DNA from: Bdellovibrionales bacterium
GTDB lineage: Bacteria; Bdellovibrionota; Bdellovibrionia; Bdellovibrionales; JAGQZY01
Assembly (NCBI GenBank): GCA_031426555.1
Contig: JANPLN010000015.1
Coordinates: 191,863-255,862, forward strand
Reading direction: 5' to 3'
Length of the DNA stretch: 64,000 nucleotides
Shown: piece after piece, positions 30,197-41,642 of the stretch
Layout: each line of letters opens with the position of its first letter
Numbering within the stretch: position 1 is the first letter of the stretch
Translations under genes and position numbers: made by a program
The notes under the pieces: generated by a model
What the model was told of the DNA's origin: nothing
Database searches by the model: none
Seen by the model: the letters and a program-made list of their open reading frames with translations, nothing else

Positions 30197-32979
30197 TCTG
30201 TTCCAGCGCTCGCGCCAGTATTCAAACTCGCTTGCGAGGTTTGTTCCAAAACACTCGTGGTCAGGCGAACAGATTCCATGGCGGTTTCTGAAAGAACTTT
30301 TCCGCAGGCTTCCAAAATCGCTTCACTGTCGATGTGATGATAGTGATAAATATCCACCGGTCGTCCGCACTTGGAATGCTTCCGCACAGCCAAGGCTTCT
30401 TGTTTCACACCCACGATACTTCCGAGGTTATCCAACAAGCCAGGTTCGCCATCGTGCACACTCACAATGGGAATTCGACGGCCCGACAGAGTGATAATTT
30501 CTCCTTGAGTGGAGTGTCCGTTGAGTGCCGGCTGCAAGTATAAATCGCCCGAAATACCGAGTTCTGCTTTTAACAGAGCGTAATTGTTCTGATGAGCCAG
30601 CGTTCCGCACAATAAATCCGACGACGTCACCACAATCACGTTGCCGTAAATACCGCGGGCCAAAAGATTTTCTGAGGCCGTGACGGCTTCGGTCACGAGC
30701 GACCCCATGCAAAAAATATTCACCACGTTGTCGCCAGGTTCGTAATTTTGATAACCGCGATAATCCACCAGATAATAAGCCCCGCGCAAAATATCGGCGC
30801 GCATGGACTGCATAATTTCGGCTTCGCCTAAGCTTTCTAAGGTGGCTTCGTCCACCGCTCCCTCAAGAGGGTAAGCCGAAACACAAAGCTTTGTTTGCCC
30901 GTCGAAGTTAGTTTTAAAACGTGTTTGTTTTTTAAGATTTTGCACCCAAATTTTTTGGTCGATTCCGCGAGTCACGCCGCGAATCAAAACTCCGTTGCGC
31001 CCTTCGTTGTCGCCTGTCATATGGCGACGAACAGCGTCCGACAAAATCCAGTCGAGCTCTTGGCAAAATGCCGGCTCCCACGTGATTTGATTGGGAATCT
31101 GAAAGTCGGACTTCCAGCCGTGTTGCGCGCCTTCAGGCGACAGAGTTACGCCCGACGGTGTGCCCACTAAAATGAAGCTGGATTTCCAATAAAGATTGTA
31201 AAAGTATTGATCGAGCGCACGCTTAATAAAAAAATCGTACACGGTCATAAGCGGGAGAATTGGAATTCCCAATTGATCCCGCAATTTTCCATAGGAACCT
31301 GCGCAGGACATGGTGTTGGCTTCCACAATTTCGAAACGTAAAAAGCGATCCGAATTGTCCTCACCAGGAATTAAATCTGGCGACTTTGTATCCTTCACCC
31401 CAAGCTCGGTTTCAATGTCCTGCACCACCTGGGCGCCAAAGATTTTTCCGTCCATGGCAGGGTTCAGGTTTGTGCTAGTGCCCACATCAGGAGCCATGGT
31501 GGTGAGCATCTCTGCGGGAAGTTTCCAACGAACTTCTTCTTCACTTAAAGATTTTTGGCCGTCTTTGATTTTAGCAGCCATGCGATGGGTGTTGGCAATT
31601 CGTGTGAGCTTGGCCGTGCACTGCCCCAGCATCCACTGCGTGTGGGGATGATTGGCCATTTTAAAATTGATGTTTAAAGAGTCCGGAATTCCACCATCTT
31701 TTTCCATTTGCGTTTGAAACTGCTGCCAATTCTTTTCTTTTAACTTTTTCTGCTCGTCGATTTCGTTATACAGTTTTTCACCGCGCTCGCTTAAAAATTT
31801 TCCAGCCGGAGTTTTAGCTTCGAAGCCTGCAAACAGAGTTGTGCCGCTCAAACCTTGCGTTTTTTGTAACAGATCCATTTCTTCTTGATCGGGGAGTGCC
31901 GAGTGGTTGCTCTGCGACGCCGCCATGTCTAGACCCCAGCCCTTGAGGGTGTGGGCGATGATGATGGTTGGCTGCTGCGTGGTTTTTTTACTTTTCTCAA
32001 GCGCTTCGGCCACCGCTATGATGTCGTGGCCGCCAAAATCGCGAAGGGCAAAATATAAATCCTCTTCCGACGTGTTCTTTAAAAAGTCTTTCAACTGCGC
32101 AAAGCGATTCTGTATTTCGGTTTTTAAAACTTTTTTATCTTTCACGAGCAACAGAGACTGCAGAGTGTAGTCGTCCATATCCATCTCTAAAAGTTTTTGA
32201 AACGCATCGCCACCTTTGGTTTTAAACAGCGCCAAACGTTTTTGGCCGTGACGAAGTTGAATCACTTCCCAGCCGTTGGCCGCCATGGTGCGCTCGATGC
32301 GATCGGCATCCGTACCGTTCATGATGTTTTTATTTACCATGCGGTGACCATCTAAGCTCTGACGATTGTAGTCCACAATCCAAGTCAGGTTTCCAATTTC
32401 GCGCTCAGCAAAATCAGGTGTGGCTTCAAACAGCGAGCCTTCACGAAATTCAGAATCGCCAAGGATACACCAGAAGTGAGCTTCGGGAACATTGTAGCCG
32501 TGTTTTTTAGCAAATCGATAGGCAAGAGCCAAGTAACCCGCATTCACCTGCGGAATGCCCACAGTGCCTGTCGGCAAAAAATTGTGATTATCAGAATCGT
32601 AAGCCGAGTGATACGACTGGAAAACATAGGGGTTCTCTTCGGTGGCATAGGCGCGAAGTCCCATCATGGCTTGGTTTTTTTCGTCCGTGCTCAAGCGAGA
32701 GCCATCCGGTTTTAAAAATAAATCCAAAAGGTAATTAAAGGAGTGATCGGCGGGAGACGCGTGGGGTTTGTTGGCGATGTAATCAAAACCCGATTTCGCA
32801 ATCAAGTGAATGGCGCCGAGAATATGCAGAGAGCTTGAGCTTGCCGACGAATGGCCGCCAATTTTAGGATCGCCTGGCAGTTTATCTTTTCGATGATTCG
32901 CCTGAAAAATCATTTGATTTGCCAGGTAGTGAGCTCGCAAGCAGATCTGATCCAAGACGTCTTTAGAAACACCCTTCAT
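30169..32979 (-). CDS. aceE: Pyruvate dehydrogenase E1-like (AceE-type, single-chain) ThDP enzyme
   Basis: IGGHSSAS, KPHASP, GDSEFREG..NRQSLD ThDP motif, AHTLKGWG, EGAQH. Confidence 0.8.
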   Translation of the reverse strand: MKGVSKDVLDQICLRAHYLANQMIFQANHRKDKLPGDPKIGGHSSASSSSLHILGAIHLIAKSGFDYIANKPHASPADHSFNYLLDLFLKPDGSRLSTDEKNQAMMGLRAYATEENPYVFQSYHSAYDSDNHNFLPTGTVGIPQVNAGYLALAYRFAKKHGYNVPEAHFWCILGDSEFREGSLFEATPDFAEREIGNLTWIVDYNRQSLDGHRMVNKNIMNGTDADRIERTMAANGWEVIQLRHGQKRLALFKTKGGDAFQKLLEMDMDDYTLQSLLLVKDKKVLKTEIQNRFAQLKDFLKNTSEEDLYFALRDFGGHDIIAVAEALEKSKKTTQQPTIIIAHTLKGWGLDMAASQSNHSALPDQEEMDLLQKTQGLSGTTLFAGFEAKTPAGKFLSERGEKLYNEIDEQKKLKEKNWQQFQTQMEKDGGIPDSLNINFKMANHPHTQWMLGQCTAKLTRIANTHRMAAKIKDGQKSLSEEEVRWKLPAEMLTTMAPDVGTSTNLNPAMDGKIFGAQVVQDIETELGVKDTKSPDLIPGEDNSDRFLRFEIVEANTMSCAGSYGKLRDQLGIPILPLMTVYDFFIKRALDQYFYNLYWKSSFILVGTPSGVTLSPEGAQHGWKSDFQIPNQITWEPAFCQELDWILSDAVRRHMTGDNEGRNGVLIRGVTRGIDQKIWVQNLKKQTRFKTNFDGQTKLCVSAYPLEGAVDEATLESLGEAEIMQSMRADILRGAYYLVDYRGYQNYEPGDNVVNIFCMGSLVTEAVTASENLLARGIYGNVIVVTSSDLLCGTLAHQNNYALLKAELGISGDLYLQPALNGHSTQGEIITLSGRRIPIVSVHDGEPGLLDNLGSIVGVKQEALAVRKHSKCGRPVDIYHYHHIDSEAILEACGKVLSETAMESVRLTTSVLEQTSQASLNTGASAGTDWQQLWNKN

Positions 32980-33069
32980 AACGCACTCCGTAATTTTAGG
33001 CTAAGCCTGTCGTTTAATAATGGCCGGTTATAGCACTGCTTAGGGCAACAGTGAATAGTCTTTTCTGAC

Positions 33070-34050
33070 CTACGACTCCAAAATAAAGTCCCAATTGAGG
33101 GTTACAAAACCCTCGCGGACGAGATCTTTTGGCGGATTTGGAAATTGGGCGGCCTCTTGAAGGGCTTCAACGGCGGCGTCATCTAAATCCTCAAGGCCTG
33201 AGGTTGTCGAAACCTGGACTCGTCGTAAAACGCCACTCTCATCCAAGGTGATAATCACCCGAGTTGACAGGGTGGTTTCCGCAGACGCAATTTCCCGTCC
33301 CTTTTTTACCATGGATTTCACCTTGGCGTGAACCATGGGCTCCCAGTGCTGGCGCAATTTCTTTTTAATGCGGTTGAAATACGAGTAATACAAAAACTCG
33401 CGAGTGTTAAGATGGGTTTCCGCACCAATCGCCACGTCTTTTAAGTGATCGCTGGTTTGACTCAACATCGAGTTGGCCGACATCTCTTGCATGGTGTTGG
33501 GCCGCAAATCAGAGACTGTCTTGGCTTTGGTGACCTTTTTTTGTGGCTCTTGCTTGTTGTTCTCGTTCTGTACCACCGGCATGTCGCCGTTTGCAAAAGT
33601 TTTCATCGGTTCGGAAGACGTATTTGTTTTTTCGGTTTTTGCAGTTTCGCTAGGAGCCTGAGGCGGTGGCGGAGGAGCAAACTGTTGTGAGGTGGCGGCC
33701 TGGGTTTGTTTGTTTTGAAACTCTCCATGGCGCGGAGCGCGGGTTTCTTTTTCCACACTTTTATCCACTTTACTAACAAACTTGGCGTCTTTCGGTTTTT
33801 CGTTAGCTTTCTCGTCTTCGCTCTGTTCAACGAGTTTGCCACTATCCAGAGCGCTGATATCAAGAAACTGAATATCAGGTGTTGCCTCTTGTTTCACAAC
33901 CATTGGCGGTTGGTTTTTAAAATAAACTTGGTAAGTGTAAAATCCCCCAAGGAGTAGAATGTGGAGCAATGCCGAGATGATTAAAAATGAGACACTTCGC
34001 AGTCGTTTTTTAGAGGTTGAAGTTCGTGTCTGAGTTTTCACATTTTCCAT
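33070..34050 (-). CDS. TonB family protein
   Basis: N-terminal TM with S..LH, Pro/Lys-rich linker, C-terminal SG..LDDAAVEA..FPNPP. Confidence 0.88.
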   Translation of the reverse strand: MENVKTQTRTSTSKKRLRSVSFLIISALLHILLLGGFYTYQVYFKNQPPMVVKQEATPDIQFLDISALDSGKLVEQSEDEKANEKPKDAKFVSKVDKSVEKETRAPRHGEFQNKQTQAATSQQFAPPPPPQAPSETAKTEKTNTSSEPMKTFANGDMPVVQNENNKQEPQKKVTKAKTVSDLRPNTMQEMSANSMLSQTSDHLKDVAIGAETHLNTREFLYYSYFNRIKKKLRQHWEPMVHAKVKSMVKKGREIASAETTLSTRVIITLDESGVLRRVQVSTTSGLEDLDDAAVEALQEAAQFPNPPKDLVREGFVTLNWDFILES

Positions 34051-34056
34051 AAAACT

Positions 34057-34083
34057 TATTCGGAGGCGAACAGTGATTACTCA
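34057..34083 (-). promoter_or_regulatory. Sigma28-like promoter, leaderless geometry
   Basis: TGAG-N15-TCCGAATA ending 6 nt before ATG 34050; no SD. Confidence 0.4.
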
Positions 34084-34153
34084 AGACGAGTCTAGGAACA
34101 ATTGTACATTTCTCTTTGTTTTATTGCGGACTCTCCCCTAAAATAGGACCCAT

Positions 34154-34897
34154 ATGGAAATAACTTTGACATCTTTCGGACAAACCGACGTCGGCCTGAG
34201 ACGATTAAAAAACGAAGACTCGTTTTTAGTCGACGATGAGCTGAAACTCTTTGTGGTGGCGGATGGTATGGGGGGGCACAAAGGCGGGGATCTCGCCTCT
34301 TCCATGGCCGTGGATGTTTTGCGCAGCTCGCTGTCTCATAATCTAACAAAAAATCCCAGTATGTTTTCTCCGCGCGAAGCTCTGATGGATGGTTATTCCC
34401 AGGCAAGTTTGCAAATTTATAATAAAAGTCATCTGGAACAACCCGAATTGCAAGGCATGGGGACCACTCTGGTGTCGGCCTTTTATTTTTCGGGCTCAAT
34501 TTATATCGGCAACGTGGGCGACTCGCGAGCTTACCTGGTGCGCGACCAAAAAATGTGGCAGTTGACCGAAGACCATTCTCTTCTCAACGAGCATATTCGC
34601 GCGGGCTTTATTCGCGATGTGGATGTTTCGCAGTTTCAGGCAAAAAATGTGATCACGCGCAGTGTGGGTTTTGAGCGCGATGCGCTTTGCGATGTGATCG
34701 AGCGTCGCGTGTCCCCCGGGGATCGCTACATGATGTGCTCGGATGGATTGTGCGGATTGATAAAGCCCGAACGACTTCAGGCCCTTTGTCAGATCCAGGA
34801 CATCCGTGAGGCCACCAGTCAGTGTATTGAAGAAGCAAAGAGGAACGGTGGGGACGACAACATAACGGTGGTAATCGTTGACGCCTCGGGACGTTAA
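34154..34897 (+). CDS. PP2C-family Ser/Thr phosphatase (Stp1/PrpC type)
   Basis: NEDS, VADGMGGH, MGTT, NVGDSRAY, DHS, CSDGL, GGDDNIT. Confidence 0.95.
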   Translation: MEITLTSFGQTDVGLRRLKNEDSFLVDDELKLFVVADGMGGHKGGDLASSMAVDVLRSSLSHNLTKNPSMFSPREALMDGYSQASLQIYNKSHLEQPELQGMGTTLVSAFYFSGSIYIGNVGDSRAYLVRDQKMWQLTEDHSLLNEHIRAGFIRDVDVSQFQAKNVITRSVGFERDALCDVIERRVSPGDRYMMCSDGLCGLIKPERLQALCQIQDIREATSQCIEEAKRNGGDDNITVVIVDASGR

Positions 34898-34964
34898 TCC
34901 ATCTTTTTGGCGATTTAGTAAGACTCTGCTCAACAGAAATTCGAAACAATGGTAGGCTTTGGAC

Positions 34965-35990
34965 ATGGATCGTAATTCGAAAAAAACGTATACAATTCTG
35001 CTATTTAGCGACAGCGCTGAGATGCCTAAAAAAGTAGTAGTTCCGGGTGCCGTTGCCAAATGCGCGGTTGTTATGCTTGGCGTCTTAATTGTTTTAGGCA
35101 GTTCGGTTTTGGTGGATTACGTTCAGCTTCTTTTCGAAAAAAATCAAACGCGCTGGTTGCGCACCGAAAATCAATATCTCAAAGAACAGTTTAAAGACGT
35201 GGAAGGCAAACTGGTTGCGCTGGAAACAAGTTTAGAGCGCGTTGAGAGTTTTTCTAAAAAATTAAAATTGATCACCAACGTGGGTTCCGCCGATCGCGAG
35301 CTTGAACTCACTTTACCAATGCGCGCTGACGCCGCTCCGGTCGGAGAGCCAATGGCGAGACCATCGGCACAGACCGCGCCACAACAGCGCTGGCCCGCCA
35401 GCATCGGACCTATTGAAGGTTATTTCGAAAAAGATATTCACAATTCTCCGGTGCAAAACTCTGGAGACAGTGTGGCCATTCAAAGCAATTACAGCACGAT
35501 TTCTGTGCGCATGGATAAAGTGTTGCGCGGAACGGAGCTTCGCGAAAAAGAGGCTCTGCAACTTTGGAAAGACCTTTCCGACAAAAACGATATTTTGCTC
35601 ACAACGCCAAGTATTCGCCCCACAGGGGGATGGATTTCGTCCACCTTCGGAACTCGCGCTTCGCCCTTCTCCGGCGATCTTGCGCAACATAAAGGTTTGG
35701 ATATTGCCGCCGATAGCGGCACACCGATCATTGCACCCGCGAGTGGTATCGTCAGCTACGCGAGTTTCGATGAAGGCTACGGCAAATTAATTTCCATCGA
35801 CCATGGTCATGGCATCGTCACGCGTTTTGGGCACTGTTCGCAAATGTACGTAAAAGTTGGCCAGCAGGTTCGCCGCGGAGACATCATCGGCGCCGTGGGG
35901 ACTACGGGTCGCTCCACCGGCCCGCACTTGCACTACGAAGTCCGCTTGGGCGGCGTTCCCGTCAACCCCGAAAAATTTATTCTCGAGTAA
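34965..35990 (+). CDS. M23-family metallopeptidase with TM and coiled coil
   Basis: HKGLD, GYG, STGPHLHYEV. Confidence 0.93.
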   Translation: MDRNSKKTYTILLFSDSAEMPKKVVVPGAVAKCAVVMLGVLIVLGSSVLVDYVQLLFEKNQTRWLRTENQYLKEQFKDVEGKLVALETSLERVESFSKKLKLITNVGSADRELELTLPMRADAAPVGEPMARPSAQTAPQQRWPASIGPIEGYFEKDIHNSPVQNSGDSVAIQSNYSTISVRMDKVLRGTELREKEALQLWKDLSDKNDILLTTPSIRPTGGWISSTFGTRASPFSGDLAQHKGLDIAADSGTPIIAPASGIVSYASFDEGYGKLISIDHGHGIVTRFGHCSQMYVKVGQQVRRGDIIGAVGTTGRSTGPHLHYEVRLGGVPVNPEKFILE

Positions 35991-36000
35991 CGCGCTAAAA

Positions 36001-37401
36001 TTAAAGCAAGCTTTTTAAGCGAACCATGGAAAGCATGGATTTTAATCCAAAACCTATGGATGGTAGAAGCGTGGGAAGAAATATTTGCTGAGCGAGGATA
36101 TTGGCCTCGATGGCCTGGAGGTCCGCGTAGATTTGTGGGTCCACATCCATTGGTGAAATTTCTGTCAATGTGGCTCTCACCAGGTCTCTGTAGGCATTGC
36201 TCTCTTGTTGAATGCTGTAAATGGAAAGCGCAGTTCCACCAACGATCGTTGTGGTTAACAGCAAAGGACCACTGATCATGGGCGCCACCGCCAGAGCCGC
36301 AACCATCAAAACCATGTTACCGATTTGTCGATTGGAAAGTCGTTTAAAGTGAATGGCCAGCGCGCGCTCCATCACTTCGCAGGAGTTTGGATTTAGCAAA
36401 GTTCCTTCTTCCATCGCAGGAATATAATCAAAAATAGCTTCAAGTTTTGAAAGTGCATGGGCCACCGTGACCCTTTTGTGGCTTGGCGTGCGGTTTTGCA
36501 CTTGCGAAATTAATGTGGCAAACCGCTTGTCAGAGAGCCATAAATCTAAACCTCTCTGCAGAGTTTGTACTTCGTGATCCCCATTTTGAATCACTTGGTC
36601 CACAGCTTGCTGATAGTTTTGCGCTGTCACCGAATGTCTTACAACGGTGTAGGCTAAAGGGGGGTATCGCAGAATAGCCATTAGAGAAAGCTCTCTCTGC
36701 TGGGAACGAAACTCTCTCAATTTTTCAATCATGTAGGTTTGCAGCGTTCGATTTTGGTTTAAAAGTTTCTCGCCAAGATTTTTTGCATTTCCAAGCTCCG
36801 TTTGTAAATAAACGAGAGGATGGTTCTGGGCCAGTCCAACATTGTTTCGAGCGAGCAAGCTTTCGAAAAGGCGCATCTCCAAAGTAAAAAATTCTTGCAT
36901 AATACCAACAGCTTTTTGAATTTCTACCGATGTGAGAGGCGCAACAGTTTTGTTGGGAAGGGCTCGAAAGTAAGCCATTTCCATATTTGTGTTTATAGAA
37001 TACCTAAGATCAGAGTTTAAATACTCTTCACTCAGTGCGGGTCGAAAGCCAATGGCCATGCTCACACGTAGATCATGATGAGACACAGAGTAAGAACTCA
37101 AAAATGCGTTGAGCGAGTTTGCATCTTGTATCAGTCGCTGAGTCTCGGTGCGAATCTCTTGTGCCCGCGACTGCTGAAACTCGCTGACGACGTTAAAAGA
37201 CACCTTCACTGTGTCGCGAAGCGCGCGGAGTTTTTCCGTATCTAGAAAGTAAGAAGCATCCTTCGTGTCTAAGGTGCTTTGCCAAGTCATTGCTTTGCAG
37301 CTTAATAAGTTTTGCCCGTTGGCCTGTGGGGCCCACCAAAGCAAAACTAAAAAGCAGCTCGAAAGCAATTTACCGGCTGATATCATTGGCATCCACACCA
37401 C
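36001..37401 (-). CDS. Exported hypothetical helical protein with C-terminal hydrophobic hairpin
   Basis: Signal-like N-terminus; hydrophobic MVLMVAALAVAPMISGPLLLTTTIVGGTALSI. Confidence 0.75.
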   Translation of the reverse strand: MVWMPMISAGKLLSSCFLVLLWWAPQANGQNLLSCKAMTWQSTLDTKDASYFLDTEKLRALRDTVKVSFNVVSEFQQSRAQEIRTETQRLIQDANSLNAFLSSYSVSHHDLRVSMAIGFRPALSEEYLNSDLRYSINTNMEMAYFRALPNKTVAPLTSVEIQKAVGIMQEFFTLEMRLFESLLARNNVGLAQNHPLVYLQTELGNAKNLGEKLLNQNRTLQTYMIEKLREFRSQQRELSLMAILRYPPLAYTVVRHSVTAQNYQQAVDQVIQNGDHEVQTLQRGLDLWLSDKRFATLISQVQNRTPSHKRVTVAHALSKLEAIFDYIPAMEEGTLLNPNSCEVMERALAIHFKRLSNRQIGNMVLMVAALAVAPMISGPLLLTTTIVGGTALSIYSIQQESNAYRDLVRATLTEISPMDVDPQIYADLQAIEANILAQQIFLPTLLPSIGFGLKSMLSMVRLKSLL

Positions 37402-40400
37402 TGGTTTGTGCCCGTGGATTCACAGCACTGAGTATCACTTTTTTGGTCATCAAAGCTTTTTGTGTTCCGGTACGACCAATCGCTCCACGCACGCGATTCT
37501 TAATACGCTCCTTCACCTGATTCACCGAGCTTAGCGCCGTCGCATTTAACCCTTTGATAAATGGTGATTGTACTAGCTGTTGAGAAATGGTCGATGCGAA
37601 ACCGCCATCCTCACCCATGGTGAGTAGCATTGCCAAAAATTCGTGAAACTTACCCTGGGCTTCTGGGGTTGATGCCGCATAAAAGCCTTTAAGAGCTTCG
37701 AGATACTTCAGTGTTTTCTATGTATCGGCAGAGTTTTTTATCCAGTCCTGATAGATATCGTGTTGAATGCAGCTCAGGATGGGTCTGAGGTAAAGATCGC
37801 TGGTTTGTTTTTTTGCTAAAACAGCTTTCAGAACTTTCAATCGAGCCGAGGCATTTAACGATAAGCACATAGACCGAACATTGTCGGCGCTGGCAATAAA
37901 ATTTGTGGTGCTTTGCGAGCGTTGTGTTGGAAGGAGAACAAGTTTTGATTTATTTAAATCAATTCCTTTGCGCACAAGAATGCGTCCCAAATCGTAGGTT
38001 GCGCGCAATCCAGAGCCGGTCTGCTTGGGGTCAAAAACGATGGAGGTCATAAAGTATTGACCAGGGAATGTCGTTCTTAAATAGCCATCGATTTCGTTTT
38101 TGCTTTCGATCATCGTATCCATGCGCGGTGTGCGTACAAAAAAGTAAGACTCTTGCACTTTAATCTCATGGCGTTCGCCATCGGCAAAAACATATCCAGC
38201 TTTGGCTTTTGCAAAAAAGTGGGCCTTTTCTTGATGCTGAATGATTTTCGTTGTGCTCAATGAGTTTTGTAAAAGCGCCTGAAAGTCCTTTGTCTCATAG
38301 CCAATCATATAAAGACTGTTGTTTTGTTCGGCAGCTGCCGAAAACAACTCGCCATGGGCGCGAGTTAAAAGACCGTTTACACTTCCATGATCGAAAATTT
38401 TTGGCAGGACCACGGATTTACCTTTAAAGTCTCGACTGAGAGACCCGCCGCCACTGAGGGCGTTGAAGAACGAAAATCCACCATCAATAGAAAGATCCCA
38501 AATATTTCCTTGCAAGCCCAAAGTTTGAAAGAGGCCTGTCCAAGCGCGATAGATGTCGCGGTTGCTTTCGGTAAGCACTAACAAAACATCATCACTGGCT
38601 CGCGAGCGATACACGCGGGTCACGCGAATGTCATGTTGCAAACTTTGCAGGGCGACCATCTCTTGACTGTTAAATTTGTTAATAGAAAGTCCAAGACCTA
38701 AACGAGCCGTGGAGTAAGGTTCTGCATTGGAGCTCACGGTGAGCACGCCCTCAACAACGCGCGTTTCGTTGGCTTTTAAGCCACTGATCATTTGCACAAC
38801 ACCTTGTCCGATATTTTTTTGCTCGCCGCCCATTTGCAGTGAGAGAAGGTCTGAGCTCATGTTGCTAGACTGATAATCCAAGGTGGTGAGAACGGATCGT
38901 GCGTAAGGTCCCAATGCCGGAATATTTGTGCTCGATAAATTCTGCACGCTCCAAGAGATCGGAACTGATTGTCCCGCTTCGATGTTTGCAGGTATTGTGA
39001 ACGCGGTGAGTTTTACCGGAAACGTGATGTAGAACGATTTAGACAACGCCAGGCGATCCCATTGTTTTTCGATGCGCGTAATTCTATTGTACGGCACGAT
39101 GGTGTCTTCCCAAACGGGAGCCGTGCTATTCGCTTTGAAAGAATTTGAGCGAACGGTGAAAGTCAAACCGGGCTGACGAATGGTGATTGTTTCTCCGGCT
39201 TTGACTTGCGGAATCTCAAGCTGTTGAGGGTCGGCAATCATCCACGATGATGTTTTTAAGAAGACCAAGGTTTGCGCTTTGGTAAATTTATAGTCCATGG
39301 CGCCGCGGTTGCGGATTCTCAAGTTTGTTAGAGTCACTTTTTCGCCGGGTTCAAAGATGCCATTTCGGTCTTCGTCCACCATGTCGTAGCCGAGCATTTC
39401 CAGATTCATCAGATCTGATGTTGAATATTTGTTAACTTGGCCGGTGTTGGCATCGACAACTTCAAAGATCGCCGTGCCAGCGACTCCTGCTTTCGCAGAT
39501 CCTGCCGAACTATTTCCTGGACCTGCAGAGGGGCTTGCATGTCCTGTGCTGCCATCAGAGGTTTGTACGATGACGCGGCGAAAAACCATCTCTGGCACTT
39601 GGCGACAGCGAATTTCCGACCTGTACTCCTCGACTTCAACTTGGCGGCAGGAGTTTCCAGGAGCGTAAACGCTAGTAGCCACGCACTCCATAGACTCGGT
39701 ATCACCGGTGACTGTACCTCTCCACTCGCACGGACCCTCTTCATAACTACTAGATGTGGGTGTGCAGCCGTCTTCGTCTTTGTAGCGACCGGTGCCGTAA
39801 TAGCCTCCGCTTCGAGGTGTACACCCAGGCTCATCAATTTGGCGTCCTGTGGGATAATCGCCCGAGCGGTCTTCGTAGAAACCTGCGGCGCCTTGCCCAC
39901 CACCAGCTCGGTCCCCAGGGCGTCCACCAGGTAACATGTCACCCGGGCGTCCCCCGCTGACATCTGTAGAAAGGGCTAAAAGAAGATGTGTGTCTTCGCT
40001 GGAAAGTCGGACGCGAATGATTCCACCAGCACCGCCGTCGCCAGGGACTCCCGAATTGCCACCAGAGCCAGGCGTGCTGGCGTCGCAACCATCGCCACCA
40101 TTTTGATATTCATTGGTGGCGTCGGCGCGTGAGTCTTGACCTTCCTGAGCGCCTTCCCCATCGCCGCCTTGCCCAGGGCGACCACCGGTTCCACCGCGAG
40201 AAGAGATTTGCAAAACGCTGGTGATGGTCGCATTTTTATAAATATCTTCGACGAGCTGTCGGCCCGTTTCGTAAGTGGTCATAGAACCCGTTACGAGAAT
40301 TTGTCCCACATCGGAAATATTCAAATTAAAATCGGCACCTCGTGAACCCGGTCCAGCATTCGTGGCATGACCTCCAGAACGGCCATTTGTAGATTGGCAC

Positions 40401-40579
40401 TGTCCTCGGCGGATCACTGTGCTGGGATTGCCCCGAACATTCCGAGGATAACTCGTGCCATTTTTTCCGGACGCTCCGGTATTACCTGTGCCATCCAACG
40501 TTTGCGCGAGTGAACTTTGCTGGGTGAAACAGCTGAGCAAAAAAAGAATTCGTACTGTTAAAGAAATTGTTTTACTCAT
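37370..40579 (-). CDS. Large exported Gly-rich multidomain protein, interrupted by one in-frame TAG at 37718-37720
   Basis: ATG 40579 with GGAG SD and signal peptide; GGxGGxG tracts; DEDRNGIFEPGE; frame stays open after the TAG through ORF 37370..37636. Confidence 0.75.
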
Positions 40580-41600
40580 TGGCGTCTCCAGATATTGAAA
40601 ACAGATCAATGGGTAAAATTTGAATAACGCCGTCATCGCGAGACCACCACACATCCACCATGTCGACGTTTTGATAAACATCGAGAGTGGTTTTTGTGTA
40701 GATGTCGTTATCGTATTGAGTGTCGGAATCGTATTTCAAAACTAAAGGTTGGGCGAACCCTGGAACATGGATGATCACTTCTTCAGGACTTATAACTTCA
40801 ACTCGTCCACGGGAAATATGCACATCATCGCCAGTCATCACATAACCTATGCCTAAAGCGATACCTGCAACAGCTACCGTCGAAACCCCACCAATGGCGG
40901 CTATTTTAACTACGCGTGGGTTGATTCTGCGCGTGGCGCGAGGAGGAGCAACAACGGCTGGTGCTGTGGTCACTGCGCCTCTCATCGTGCGCGTGCGAGT
41001 TTGTCGAATCGTATCCTGTACCGTTTGTTGAGTCGGCATGTGGTCATTGCCCGTGATGGGAGTTGTGACTTGTTGGGCGGGACGGATTTTAGTTTTATCA
41101 ATCGCCGTGCCGCAACCCCAGCACGAGTTGTTAGGGAGGGTCGGATTGTTTAATCGTCCGCAACTGCAGGGTTGAAGTTCAGGGATTAATTCGGCAATGG
41201 CCGCATAAGCGGCCTTTGCTTGGGGACTCAATGCCCCCTTGGCTGTGGCTACGGGAGTAAAAATTCTTAAACTGCCATCGGCAAGAATTTGTTTGGGAGT
41301 GACAAAACGTCTTGAGTTTGCGGTTACGGGATGTGGGCAGTTTGGACAGGTATTATTGGCAGCATTCGGCTGCGAAAAAAATGGCGTGCCGCAGGCTTCA
41401 CACATCACCGGACGACCAATGGTAAGTTTGGTCCCAGCTACAGGAGCGAGCGTTCGCCACTCGCCAATTCCAGCTTCCACCATCTCATCGAAAAGTTGTT
41501 GGGGAAGTGCCACGCTGCTGAGTAAATCTGCCGCAACCGCAGGTTTTGCGCCGGCCACTATAAACAGCACTATTAATAAGGATAAAAACACTCTCAACAT
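40572..41600 (-). CDS. Exported/membrane protein with multiple CxxC zinc-ribbon-like motifs
   Basis: GGAGG SD, signal peptide, CEAC, CPNC, CSC, CWGC, internal TM helix. Confidence 0.75.
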   Translation of the reverse strand: MLRVFLSLLIVLFIVAGAKPAVAADLLSSVALPQQLFDEMVEAGIGEWRTLAPVAGTKLTIGRPVMCEACGTPFFSQPNAANNTCPNCPHPVTANSRRFVTPKQILADGSLRIFTPVATAKGALSPQAKAAYAAIAELIPELQPCSCGRLNNPTLPNNSCWGCGTAIDKTKIRPAQQVTTPITGNDHMPTQQTVQDTIRQTRTRTMRGAVTTAPAVVAPPRATRRINPRVVKIAAIGGVSTVAVAGIALGIGYVMTGDDVHISRGRVEVISPEEVIIHVPGFAQPLVLKYDSDTQYDNDIYTKTTLDVYQNVDMVDVWWSRDDGVIQILPIDLFSISGDANE

Positions 41601-41642
41601 TGCGCCTCCAATATATTTTGCAACTGATTCACAACCTTATAA

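Noticed and set aside
37718..37720. Genome-wide TAG reassignment or pyrrolysine
   Set aside because: tadA, rpsU, asd and metH end at TAG at their expected C-termini; no pyl genes or suppressor tRNA in the window.
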